From contig JBKHHD010000005.1 in assembly GCA_046539325.1 (NCBI GenBank), positions 15,248 through 79,247 of the forward strand: a stretch of DNA of 64,000 nt. The letters run 5' to 3'. The translations under genes and the position numbers were made by a program. The notes under the pieces were generated by a model. That model had not been told where the DNA came from, made no database searches, and worked only from the letters and a program-made list of their open reading frames with translations. Origin of the DNA: Candidatus Aenigmatarchaeota archaeon (GTDB lineage: Archaea > Aenigmatarchaeota > Aenigmatarchaeia > PWEA01). This document shows, one piece after another, positions 35,729-44,598 of this stretch; the first letter of the stretch is position 1, and the number at the start of each line of letters is the position of its first letter.

Positions 35729-36352
35729 AGGGAAGATCAACAAGGAAAGAACTGCTAGAATTACTAAGGACAAGTTGCTATACGCTGGTGCTATGAAGGG
35801 TCCATAATCACCTGTCCTTTCGTCCTCGGTTTCAATTTCAATGCTTTCAACATTCTGCCATTCCTCTTCTTCAGTTTCATTGTCTAGACTTTTTAACTGT
35901 ATATTTACTTTTGCATAGTCATTAGTCATTCCGAGCATGGCATTCATTATAAAGTGTGTTTCTTCACCGGGGTCTAGGCCAACTTCTCTGATTTCAGGAG
36001 GTTCGTGATATTGTGAGTTTGCATGCTCATCACTACAATCACCTAAATCCGGACAGTCAAAGTTCCAGTTGATCCACCCATCAGGTTCTTCCTCAAGGGG
36101 ACCTCTTACATCCAGATCGTACTCCGTGTTTCCAGTGTTTGTCATTTCTATTCGACAGTTGCCTGTTTCACCTGCCCGTTTGTTTATTGTATCGTCTTCT
36201 GGTCCCGTGCAGTCTGTGATATTGACGTCTATATGTAATGTTGGCTCTACAACTACAGTCATATTCTCATCAAAGCCATCAGCGAACGTCACATTGCTCA
36301 TAAGAGGAAGTACTAGAAAGAGAACGGCTAAAAATACAAGCACTTTTTTCAT
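35711..36352 (-). CDS. Secreted Ig-like surface protein with C-terminal anchor
   Basis: Signal peptide; MTNTGNT strand motif; C-terminal hydrophobic helix. Confidence 0.6.
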   Translation of the reverse strand: MKKVLVFLAVLFLVLPLMSNVTFADGFDENMTVVVEPTLHIDVNITDCTGPEDDTINKRAGETGNCRIEMTNTGNTEYDLDVRGPLEEEPDGWINWNFDCPDLGDCSDEHANSQYHEPPEIREVGLDPGEETHFIMNAMLGMTNDYAKVNIQLKSLDNETEEEEWQNVESIEIETEDERTGDYGPFIAPAYSNLSLVILAVLSLLIFPLTETR

Positions 36353-36441
36353 AAAATCAAAATTAGTGTCTAGACTTAAATAAATTATTTAAGTGAAAAC
36401 TATAAAAGACAGTTTAACCTAAACTGTGAGGTAATGGTATT

Positions 36442-36690
36442 ATGGATAATGACAAGCTCTTAACCTCTGTTCATGCCATAATGGGTGCTGTTTCCGGCTA
36501 TCTTTCCAACTTTACGGGGCAGCCTAGCCATGCTCTGGCAGTGGCTATTGCAATCTTGCTAGTAACTGGAAATGTTTCCAGATATCTAGCGGATGCCGAA
36601 GACAAAGGTGCAAAATGGTGGTTAGGGAACAGTGTAGCACCTTTCTTCCTTATCTGGGCAGTCTTCGCAGTACTTTTCTACAACCTATAA
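36442..36690 (+). CDS. Small 3-TM membrane protein (archaeal EMC6-like/DUF5379 candidate)
   Basis: H.IMG.VSGYLS...KWWLGNS..PFFLIW. Confidence 0.6.
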   Translation: MDNDKLLTSVHAIMGAVSGYLSNFTGQPSHALAVAIAILLVTGNVSRYLADAEDKGAKWWLGNSVAPFFLIWAVFAVLFYNL

Positions 36691-36699
36691 GGTGAAACC

Positions 36700-38004
36700 A
36701 TGGATAGGAAACATAGTTCTGAAATAGATGGAAGTTCAGACGAAGCTAAGATCCAGGGCTGGCTTAGAGAGAAGAGGGATCTAGGAAGTATAATGTTTCT
36801 TATAATCGCTGATAGAAAGGGTGAAATACAGGTCACTGTAAAGGAGGATGAAGTTAGCGAAGAGCTTGTCGAGAAGGCGGAAAGCGTTACGCGTGAGTCC
36901 GTTGTATCTGTCGAAGGAACTGTGGAAGAAAACGAGCAGGCTCCTGGTGGAAGGGAACTGCATCCTCGGACCTTTGAAGTTCTTTCGGAAGCGAAGAAAC
37001 CACTACCCATGGATCCAAGAGGCAAACAGGAGGCTAACCTGGCTACACGTTTAGACAGCAGATTTATGGACCTCAGAAGGAAGGATAAAAGGGCTATTTT
37101 TGAGGTAAGGGACGCGGCCTGCAGCGGAGCCAGAGCTTGTCTTGAGGAAAACGACTTCATGGAAGTTCACACACCTAAGATAACTGTTTCAGGAACGGAA
37201 GGCGGCGCTGAGGTTTTCCCTATAATATACTACGAGAAAGAAGCCTTTTTGGTTCAGTCCGCACAGCTTTACAAACAGCTTATGCAGGCTGCAGGCGCTG
37301 AAAAGGTATACGAAATAACTCCTCAATGGAGAGCTGAAAAGAGCAGGACACCGAGGCATTTAACGGAGTCCTTTTCCGTGGACATGGAGATGTCATTTAT
37401 AGAGGATCAGGAGGACGTCATGAAGGTTCAGGAAAAGGTCGTAAAAGCTATGGTCGAAAGTATAAAGAAAAAGGCCGGTGATCAGCTTGAAGAGCTTGAT
37501 ACCGATTTAAAGATACCTGAACTCCCGCTGAAAAGGCTAACCTACGATGAAGCTCTGGAAATGGCGGCAGAAGAAGGCGAGGAAATAGAGTGGGGCGAGG
37601 ACATAAACATAAAGGCTATGAGGAAGATAGCCGATAGACTAAAGGAACAGGGCCATGACTTCTACTTCATAAAAAGATGGCCCGCAAGCGAGAAGGCCTT
37701 TTACTACAGGCCTGATCCAGAGGACAGTAAGTATACGCAGACCTTTGACCTGAACTACCGATCCTGGGAACTTTCCTCCGGTGGTCAGAGGATACACGAC
37801 CTGGAGCTTCTGAAGAGGAGGATAGAGGAGCAGGGGATGGATCCAAGTGAGATGGAGTTCTATCTGGACGCGTTCCGGTACGGCATGCCTCCGCACGGAG
37901 GTTTTGGAATGGGTTTGGATAGGTTCGTTGCCAGTGTTCTAGATATTGAAAACGTGAAGGAGACTGTGCTTTTCCCGAGAACTCCTGACAGGCTTGAGCC
38001 GTAA
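36700..38004 (+). CDS. aspS: Aspartyl-tRNA synthetase, probably non-discriminating (Asp/Asn)
   Basis: GW...RDLG, RFMDLR, QSAQLYKQ, WRAEKS, ELSSGGQRIHD, GMPPHGG; Pro in the QAPGG loop. Confidence 0.93.
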   Translation: MDRKHSSEIDGSSDEAKIQGWLREKRDLGSIMFLIIADRKGEIQVTVKEDEVSEELVEKAESVTRESVVSVEGTVEENEQAPGGRELHPRTFEVLSEAKKPLPMDPRGKQEANLATRLDSRFMDLRRKDKRAIFEVRDAACSGARACLEENDFMEVHTPKITVSGTEGGAEVFPIIYYEKEAFLVQSAQLYKQLMQAAGAEKVYEITPQWRAEKSRTPRHLTESFSVDMEMSFIEDQEDVMKVQEKVVKAMVESIKKKAGDQLEELDTDLKIPELPLKRLTYDEALEMAAEEGEEIEWGEDINIKAMRKIADRLKEQGHDFYFIKRWPASEKAFYYRPDPEDSKYTQTFDLNYRSWELSSGGQRIHDLELLKRRIEEQGMDPSEMEFYLDAFRYGMPPHGGFGMGLDRFVASVLDIENVKETVLFPRTPDRLEP

Positions 38005-38032
38005 AAGATAAAAAATTATGAGGTTTTTGTGT

Positions 38033-38218
38033 ATGAGCTGGGATATAAATAAAGACAAGTGCCTGAGGTGTGGTGGCTGCGTTGCCGTGTGTCCTGTACA
38101 GGCACTTGAACTGACGGAGAACGGAGTACAGGTAGATGAGGATGAATGTATAGATTGCGGAAACTGCGAGAAAGTATGTCCCGTAGGAGCCATAGTTGTA
38201 AAGGGTGATAACGAATGA
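38033..38218 (+). CDS. 2x[4Fe-4S] ferredoxin
   Basis: CLRCGGCVAVCP and CIDCGNCEKVCP. Confidence 0.93.
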   Translation: MSWDINKDKCLRCGGCVAVCPVQALELTENGVQVDEDECIDCGNCEKVCPVGAIVVKGDNE

Positions 38219-39381
38219 AGGACGTTGTAATTGTCGGTGCTGGTCCAGCTGGATGCTCTGCTGCGAAGGATCTTGCCGACGAAGGCTACGACGTAGTTGT
38301 ATACGAGAAGAGGCAGGAGATAGGAGCTCCTAAGAGGTGTGGTGAAGGGCTTTCTTCCGCAGCTATAGAAAACTTCGGATTGGATATACCTGAATACTGC
38401 AGGATGCAGCCGGTGAATGGTGCGCTTGTTTTCTCTCCTAACAAGGATAGGGTAAGTATAAACTCAGAGGAAACGGTTGGATGGATTTTGGAGAGGAAGG
38501 CCTTCGACAAGTGGATGGCCGAGAGGGCAGCAAAAGCAGGTGCTAAAGTACGTGCCAAGGCAAATGTTGTCGACCTATTACCTCAAAACAAAGGCGTAGT
38601 GGTGGAGGTCGAAGGAGAGACAAAGAGAGTGGAATCGAGGATGGTAATAGCTGCAGACGGCGTTGAGTCGCTTGTCGCCAAGAAGGCAGGTGTGAAAAGC
38701 CACTCGGACCTGGAAGTAGTTGACTCTGGCTACCAGTACGAAATGGTAAGCCTGGATCTGAAGGATGAGAATAAGCTGGAGCTTTACTTTGGTGATGATG
38801 TAGCACCTAGAGGTTATGTCTGGGTGTTTCCGAAGGGTGAAAGCAAAGCTAACGTTGGAATAGGCATAGCCGGTGATTTAGAGGAAACGGCCAGGTATTA
38901 TCTAGAAAGGTTTATCGAGACCAGAGATAGATTTAAAAATGCTTCAATAGTTGAGGTAAACTCCGGTATGATTCCTGTTGGAGGTTTTCTCGAGAATATG
39001 ACTGCGGACAACTTCCTTGCTGTCGGTGACGCAGCAAATCAGGTTAATCCTATACACGGAGGAGGTATCCGCGAGGGAATAAAGGCAGGTAAAATAGCCT
39101 CAAAGGTCGTAAACAGAGCTTTGGAGAGAGATGGAACGTCCGAGGAGGAGTTGGATATTTATAACCATATGTGGTGGGAGGAAAGAGGTAAGGATTTGAG
39201 GAAGGTGGAAAAGCTAAGGGAGGTTCTAGAAGATCTCAGTGACGAGGACCTCAACTACCTTGCTAAGAAGCTTGAGGGACAGGACCTGATGGACTTTTCA
39301 CAGGGGAAGAGGCTCTCAAAGCTCGGTAAACTTTTGCTTAAGAGACCGAAGATGATAAAGTCGGCAAGAAAGCTTCTCTAA
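38215..39381 (+). CDS. Digeranylgeranylglycerophospholipid (geranylgeranyl) reductase
   Basis: GAGPAG, KRCGEG, RKAFDKW, PRGYVWVFPKG, VGDAA.QVNP.HGGG. Confidence 0.9.
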   Translation: MKDVVIVGAGPAGCSAAKDLADEGYDVVVYEKRQEIGAPKRCGEGLSSAAIENFGLDIPEYCRMQPVNGALVFSPNKDRVSINSEETVGWILERKAFDKWMAERAAKAGAKVRAKANVVDLLPQNKGVVVEVEGETKRVESRMVIAADGVESLVAKKAGVKSHSDLEVVDSGYQYEMVSLDLKDENKLELYFGDDVAPRGYVWVFPKGESKANVGIGIAGDLEETARYYLERFIETRDRFKNASIVEVNSGMIPVGGFLENMTADNFLAVGDAANQVNPIHGGGIREGIKAGKIASKVVNRALERDGTSEEELDIYNHMWWEERGKDLRKVEKLREVLEDLSDEDLNYLAKKLEGQDLMDFSQGKRLSKLGKLLLKRPKMIKSARKLL

Positions 39382-39443
39382 ATGATTTTGTAAAGCTAAG
39401 CTTTTTAAGGCATTCCTCCAAAACAATAGAAAGGGTGAAATAT

Positions 39444-39644
39444 ATGGCTGAATTACCACTTGCACCGCTCAAAAGGATTGCTAAGAACTCTGGAGCCAAT
39501 AGGGTTTCTGAAGAGGCTGTCGAAGAGCTCAGGGACGTTGTCGAGGATATAGCCGAAGACCTCGCCAAGGACGCGGTAACTGCTACAAAGCACGCCGGTA
39601 GAGTTACAGTGAAGAAAGAAGACGTTGATCTGGTAACGAGGTAG
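39444..39644 (+). CDS. Archaeal histone
   Basis: MAELPLAPLKRI, RVS.EA, HAGRVTVK.EDV. Confidence 0.95.
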   Translation: MAELPLAPLKRIAKNSGANRVSEEAVEELRDVVEDIAEDLAKDAVTATKHAGRVTVKKEDVDLVTR

Positions 39645-39649
39645 AAAAT

Positions 39650-40039
39650 ATGCCAACGAAGCAGGATCAGATAAAGAACATCAAGGAAGGCGACTACATA
39701 GTGATAGATGGAGAGCCCTGTGTAGCTACAAAACGGAAGACTTCTTCAGCAGGAAAGCACGGTTCTACGAAGGTAAGGCTTCGTACAAGAGGTATCATAG
39801 ACGATCGGAAGAGACAGATAGTTAAGCCGTCGGATGCCAAGGTCAAGGTTCCTATCATCGATAAGAAAGCTGCTCAAGTAATTTCAGTTTCCGGTGACTC
39901 CGTTCAACTGATGGACCTTGAATCGTACGATACCTTTGAGATAGCAATCCCGGACGACTATGACTACGAGCTAGAGGAAGGAGACGAAGTAGAGTACTGG
40001 AAGGTCATGGGCGACAAGTTACTCAAAGGCAAGAAGTAA
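39650..40039 (+). CDS. eif5a: Translation factor aIF5A
   Basis: IDGEPC, AGKHGSTK hypusine motif, QLMDLESY. Confidence 0.95.
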   Translation: MPTKQDQIKNIKEGDYIVIDGEPCVATKRKTSSAGKHGSTKVRLRTRGIIDDRKRQIVKPSDAKVKVPIIDKKAAQVISVSGDSVQLMDLESYDTFEIAIPDDYDYELEEGDEVEYWKVMGDKLLKGKK

Positions 40040-40076
40040 ACCCCTACTTCTTTTCTATCTTATTTTCGGATTTTTT
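40040..40076 (+). terminator. Putative oligo-T terminator
   Basis: Pyrimidine/T-rich tract directly after the aIF5A stop. Confidence 0.45.
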
Positions 40077-40111
40077 AAGAGATTTAAGTCTTTTCCTTCA
40101 AGTAACGGTTC

Positions 40112-40423
40112 ATGGGCCCCAAGACAAGCATACGTTTTAATAAGGAACTACTTGAAGATATCGATAAAAGGGCAGATGACTTGGGTTTGAGTAGAAGTGA
40201 ATACTTGAGAGAGGTTGCGAAAAGAGATGTATATGGTTCTGATTTTTCTGACCTTCCTTCTGAGGAGTCTTCTTCAGAGAAATCTTATGAGATCAGGATA
40301 GAGGTTGGGGGATATGAAATTTACATCGGAGGCCAAGGTTTTGATAGCCAGGAAGAATTAGAAGAGGATAGATCCAAGGCCGTGGAAGATGTTGTTAAAT
40401 GTTACAAGGAAATAAAGGACTAA
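40112..40423 (+). CDS. Ribbon-helix-helix (CopG) domain protein
   Basis: TSIRFNKELLEDIDKRA..LGLSRSEYLRE. Confidence 0.75.
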   Translation: MGPKTSIRFNKELLEDIDKRADDLGLSRSEYLREVAKRDVYGSDFSDLPSEESSSEKSYEIRIEVGGYEIYIGGQGFDSQEELEEDRSKAVEDVVKCYKEIKD

Positions 40424-40477
40424 CTTTCTTTGGAAAAGCTATTAAATAGTCTCGCATAATTTCAATGTGGTTATACG

Positions 40478-41281
40478 ATGTTATATGCCAGGAACTCATT
40501 TACCACAAACTACGATCTTGATGAGGCAGACGTGTGCTTTCTAGGCGTTTCCTTTGACTCCACGGCTTTGGCCGAGGGGAACCAGCGCTTCGGGCCGACA
40601 CTTGTACGCGAGGCTCTGAAGACGAAGATCAGCTATGTGCCTCAGAAGGGAAACAATCCCTTGAAGGAGCTTAAGATCTGCGACCTCGGAGACCTGGACT
40701 GGGTCCCTGGGTCCTTTGAGGAAACTTCAAAGAGGCTGAAGGATACCATTAAATCCATATTCGAGGAAAACGAGGAAGTTTTCCCAGTTTTTCTTGGCGG
40801 CGAGCATCTAGTTTCTCTTCCTATTGTTGAAGAGTTGAAACCGAAGACTGTGGTGCAGTTGGATGCACATCTTGACAGAGCAGAAGAGTATCAGGGCAAC
40901 GAATATGCACATAATACGTGGGTTAGCAAGGTAGAGGACGTGGATTTTGTACAGGTGGGCTGCAGGAGCTACACCGAGGACCAAGACGATGGTGAGGACT
41001 ACATGGATCTTGAAAAGGCCAAGGAAAAGATACGGAAAGCTGGAGAACCGGTTTATCTGACCGTGGACATGGACGTTTTTGATCCGAGATATGCACCTGA
41101 CGTTGGTTTTCCTGAGGAGAACGGACTTTCCCCCGACCAAGTTTTCGAGATCTTGGACGAAGTCTTTGAGAAGAAAGTGGTTGGCATGGACGTCTGTGAA
41201 GTAGCCTCGAAAGAGCTCAACAACAGGACTGCACACCTGGCCGCTAAGACGATACTTCGCGCGCTTTCAAATCTCTGTTAG
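40478..41281 (+). CDS. speB: Agmatinase family (ureohydrolase)
   Basis: FGP..VREA, GGEH, DAHLD, DMDVFDP..AP.VG. Confidence 0.88.
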   Translation: MLYARNSFTTNYDLDEADVCFLGVSFDSTALAEGNQRFGPTLVREALKTKISYVPQKGNNPLKELKICDLGDLDWVPGSFEETSKRLKDTIKSIFEENEEVFPVFLGGEHLVSLPIVEELKPKTVVQLDAHLDRAEEYQGNEYAHNTWVSKVEDVDFVQVGCRSYTEDQDDGEDYMDLEKAKEKIRKAGEPVYLTVDMDVFDPRYAPDVGFPEENGLSPDQVFEILDEVFEKKVVGMDVCEVASKELNNRTAHLAAKTILRALSNLC

Positions 41282-41292
41282 GGTGATCTCAG

Positions 41293-42009
41293 TCAAAATT
41301 CTTCGAGTGTCTTTTCCTTGTAACTTGATCCTTCCATCCATATCGTTGCTTGTAAAACAGCTGGCTCGACGTTATGTTCTTCGGATATTTCTATGAACTC
41401 ATCTTCCAGTTCCCTGTATCTTTTAGGGCTGGGACCTGATTTTTTTCTGTAGTCGGGTACTTTGACATCGTATCCATTCTCATCGAGATATCTCATCATT
41501 ACAATATCTATAGGAACTACGTTTCCGTAACCGCACTTGACTAAGAAGAAAGAAGATTTACAGTCCCCTAGGCCAGGCGCACCATTATTTTTACTTGGTG
41601 AAGAGGCGATTTTATCTCTGAGCTCAAATTCTCTTTCTCTATCCTCCTTTACATCTTTATATATCTCCTCAGGGAGTGGTGATTCCATCCACCATTCTGA
41701 AAAGTTGAAGATGTATTCTTTTTTTCTTCTAGGAAATCGTGCTTTATCAAGGATCCTTGAGAAATCATCGATGTTACTCATATCTATGATATCTTCTGGG
41801 CTGTTAAGTCCTTTGTACTGGAGTTCATCGTAGATACTTTCTTGTTTTGAGTGTTTGTCGGCGATTGAAAGGATACAGTACACACCGGCGTTGAACATCT
41901 TATTAAATGATTCTTCCTTGTTGTCACTCAGATCTATCCTTTCTTCCTCGAGGACTTGTCTTCCTAGGTCAAAGTCGAGTTCCTCGCCGAAACTCCCCTT
42001 TTCGTCCAT
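41293..42009 (-). CDS. Divergent OGG2-type HhH DNA glycosylase
   Basis: YCILS, RFPRRK..YI, GLGDCKSSFFL..CG, VPID..MMRYL, Y.ELE..F, IW. Confidence 0.6.
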   Translation of the reverse strand: MDEKGSFGEELDFDLGRQVLEEERIDLSDNKEESFNKMFNAGVYCILSIADKHSKQESIYDELQYKGLNSPEDIIDMSNIDDFSRILDKARFPRRKKEYIFNFSEWWMESPLPEEIYKDVKEDREREFELRDKIASSPSKNNGAPGLGDCKSSFFLVKCGYGNVVPIDIVMMRYLDENGYDVKVPDYRKKSGPSPKRYRELEDEFIEISEEHNVEPAVLQATIWMEGSSYKEKTLEEF

Positions 42010-42067
42010 ATTTATCACAATATTGAACCAAAAAAATTTAAGTTAAACGGAAACGGTAGTTGATCTA

Positions 42068-42523
42068 ATGGATCCTCTTATTGTTTGCAAGTCAGTTCAC
42101 AACGGTAATACGATGAAAGTAGCCGAGGAAATGGCAGAAGTCCTTGACTGTGAGGTCCTTAAACCCGAGGAAGTGGAGGACTTGGAAGATTACGATATGG
42201 TTGGATTCGGCTCGGGTATTTATTTCACGAACTTCCATGAAGAGATCATCGACCTGGTAGAAAGGCTCAACGGAGGGAAAAAGGCTTTTATATTTTCCAC
42301 GAGCGGCTTCCCTAATATACCAATACTCCACGACTTTGAGGGTAAATTGAAGGAGAAGCTGAATGCCAGAAACTTCAAGATGGTTGGTTCGTTCAACTGC
42401 CGTGGATACGATGAGTATGGACCTCTTAGATACTTGGGTGGAATTCACAACGGGAGGCCGAACGAAAAGGATTTAAAGAAGGCGAGGAAGTTTGCAGAGG
42501 AGCTGAAGGAAAATGGTGGATGA
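42068..42523 (+). CDS. Flavodoxin family protein
   Basis: SVHNGNT.KVA, GFGSGIY, FSTSG, F.CRG.D, GRPNEKDL. Confidence 0.9.
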   Translation: MDPLIVCKSVHNGNTMKVAEEMAEVLDCEVLKPEEVEDLEDYDMVGFGSGIYFTNFHEEIIDLVERLNGGKKAFIFSTSGFPNIPILHDFEGKLKEKLNARNFKMVGSFNCRGYDEYGPLRYLGGIHNGRPNEKDLKKARKFAEELKENGG

Positions 42524-42926
42524 GCTGAAGATCTATACGGACGGAGCTTCCCGTGGGAATCCTGGTCCTGCGTCGGCAGCGTATGTGATAGCCAAGAAGG
42601 ATGAAACCGTTTTGAACGAAGGGTCAGAGTTCTTGGGAGAGACGACGAACAACCGTGCCGAATACAAGGCCGTGATAAAGGCTCTGAAGATGGCTTCGAA
42701 CTATACTGAAGAAAGGGTTCGTGTTTTCTCTGACAGCAAGCTTCTGGTTAAACAGCTTCAAGGCGAGTGGAAAGTTAAGAGCGACAACATAGGACCGCTT
42801 TTCGAAGAAGTCAAGGAGCTAACAAGGAGCTTTGATTCAGTAAGTTTTCATCATAGGAACAGAGACCACGAAATGATAAGTAGGGCGGACTTTCTATGTA
42901 ACAGGGAACTGGACAGAAGCTCCTAA
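42513..42926 (+). CDS. rnhA: Ribonuclease HI family protein
   Basis: YTDGASRGNPG, TNNRAEY, SDSKLLV.Q..G.W. Confidence 0.9.
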   Translation: MVDELKIYTDGASRGNPGPASAAYVIAKKDETVLNEGSEFLGETTNNRAEYKAVIKALKMASNYTEERVRVFSDSKLLVKQLQGEWKVKSDNIGPLFEEVKELTRSFDSVSFHHRNRDHEMISRADFLCNRELDRSS

Positions 42927-42929
42927 AAC

Positions 42930-43988
42930 TCAGATCTGCCGTGTTTTTTTATCCAGATAACCGACAACTTCTCTCCAGCTTGCTTCATCGAGGTAGCCCT
43001 TTCTTTGATATTTTTCATGCATCACGCCTATTATCCAGGGCATATCCCTTTTCCAGTATAAAGGCAGGGTCTTGTTAATACAGGTGATATCGTATTCATC
43101 CAGATCCTCGAAGGCCAGATCGGCCATGTTTTTGACAAGTAATTCGTTTTCTTTACCGTTGTTTTGTTCAAGAAATCTGTCTCCGTAGGTATTTACCAGG
43201 CCGAACTTGTTTACATTTTTCGTAAAGTTTCCGAGATCTTTCATTCTGATGTCATCGCGTTGAAGTGCTTCGTAGTACATTCTCGGGACAATTTTTCCTA
43301 TCCTGTTTAGATCGTCGAGGTAACCCGACTCAAGCAATTTCTCTAAATTTCTTAGGTTTTCACGGTTCTCGTACACGGGGTCAGGATCTTTTCTGGAAAC
43401 CGTTCCAGTCAGAAACGCCCCGGTCCTGGGCTTTGTTGATTGTTCGATGAGCTCTTCGAAGTCTCTTTCCTCAAGGATCTCTGTCGTCTTCTTACTTTCC
43501 ACACCATCTTTGGTTCCTAAGATTAACTGGGCGCTGTTCTCTGGTTCGTAGCTTTCCAGAACTTCCTCTCCTTCTTCTACCCTGTCGACGCCTTCGAACT
43601 CATCACCTGTGAGAATCGAGTCCTTTACAAGGAGGTCTGTGGCGTCGATATTTCTTTCCAATCTCTCCAGTGTTTCATCCTTCTCGGGCCATATATCATA
43701 AAGAATCCTTGTGAATCCGTCCTTTACTCTCTCGTAACACCGTTTTAATCCATATTCCAGTTTCCCACTTTCATTATGTTTTGATAACCTTCGACCGGTT
43801 TCCTTGCCCAGTTTTACGTAGTCTTTCAAATATTCCTCCGGAAGCTCGACTTTTTGACACGCTTCCTTTATTCTTTCTCGGCTTCTGCTCTTATTTGAGA
43901 CGAACCTCAGAGGTCCAGAGTGTTCGAGAGAGAAGTCACTGAAAATTATCTCGTAGTCCCGCTCCCTAGATACCCGATCGTCTGGCAT
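42930..43988 (-). CDS. Hypothetical protein
   Basis: 352-aa soluble ORF; no motif recognised. Confidence 0.65.
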   Translation of the reverse strand: MPDDRVSRERDYEIIFSDFSLEHSGPLRFVSNKSRSRERIKEACQKVELPEEYLKDYVKLGKETGRRLSKHNESGKLEYGLKRCYERVKDGFTRILYDIWPEKDETLERLERNIDATDLLVKDSILTGDEFEGVDRVEEGEEVLESYEPENSAQLILGTKDGVESKKTTEILEERDFEELIEQSTKPRTGAFLTGTVSRKDPDPVYENRENLRNLEKLLESGYLDDLNRIGKIVPRMYYEALQRDDIRMKDLGNFTKNVNKFGLVNTYGDRFLEQNNGKENELLVKNMADLAFEDLDEYDITCINKTLPLYWKRDMPWIIGVMHEKYQRKGYLDEASWREVVGYLDKKTRQI

Positions 43989-44079
43989 CTATATAATTTT
44001 TCGAGGTTAACAATAAAAGCTTTTTCCCACCCAAATCTATAAATACTATTGTAACAATTGTTACTACTGTGTGGTTAAT

Positions 44080-44589
44080 ATGGATTACGAGAACTCTGAG
44101 GAATTGAGAGATTTCGTAGATGAGCGAGTTCTTGAAGGACTAGTGAATAAATATATCAGCCGGGATGAAGATGATTTAATAGTCGAAGCCTGTGTTCCTA
44201 TCCCCGAAAAGGATGAAGGACTGATAATTGTAAAGGATGGATATAGGTGGTTGCTGGAGGACAGGCATTATACTCATAAGAATAGAACCTCAGAGAACTC
44301 ATTTGTTGAAGGAAAGGTCTATGAGATTGAAATTGACAACGTCCATAGAATAGAAATCAACGAGGATGTTGACGATGAAAAGTATGCAGAAAGGTTTCAC
44401 AGTGAACATTTAACAGATGATAAGGAGTTAAAGGCTTCGGTGTCGGAAAAAGGGAATGAAAATGTTGTTGGTTCTAGTTACAGAGATCTGGGAAAGTTGA
44501 CGCAGGATTTACATGCTTACATCAAGGAGAATCCAGAACCTGTAGAAGAATTTTCACGATTTCTGGATGAGAGCTTTATGAGAGATTAA
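44080..44589 (+). CDS. Hypothetical acidic protein
   Basis: ORF with upstream TATA-like element; no motif recognised. Confidence 0.6.
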   Translation: MDYENSEELRDFVDERVLEGLVNKYISRDEDDLIVEACVPIPEKDEGLIIVKDGYRWLLEDRHYTHKNRTSENSFVEGKVYEIEIDNVHRIEINEDVDDEKYAERFHSEHLTDDKELKASVSEKGNENVVGSSYRDLGKLTQDLHAYIKENPEPVEEFSRFLDESFMRD

Positions 44590-44598
44590 TTCTCGAAG

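Noticed and set aside
41574-41586. 13-bp match CAGGCGCACCATT to the tRNA-Gly 3' end (5398-5410), a possible att site
   Set aside because: It lies inside a CDS, the interval contains core genes (aspS, dph5, tRNA-Met), and no integrase is present; probably chance
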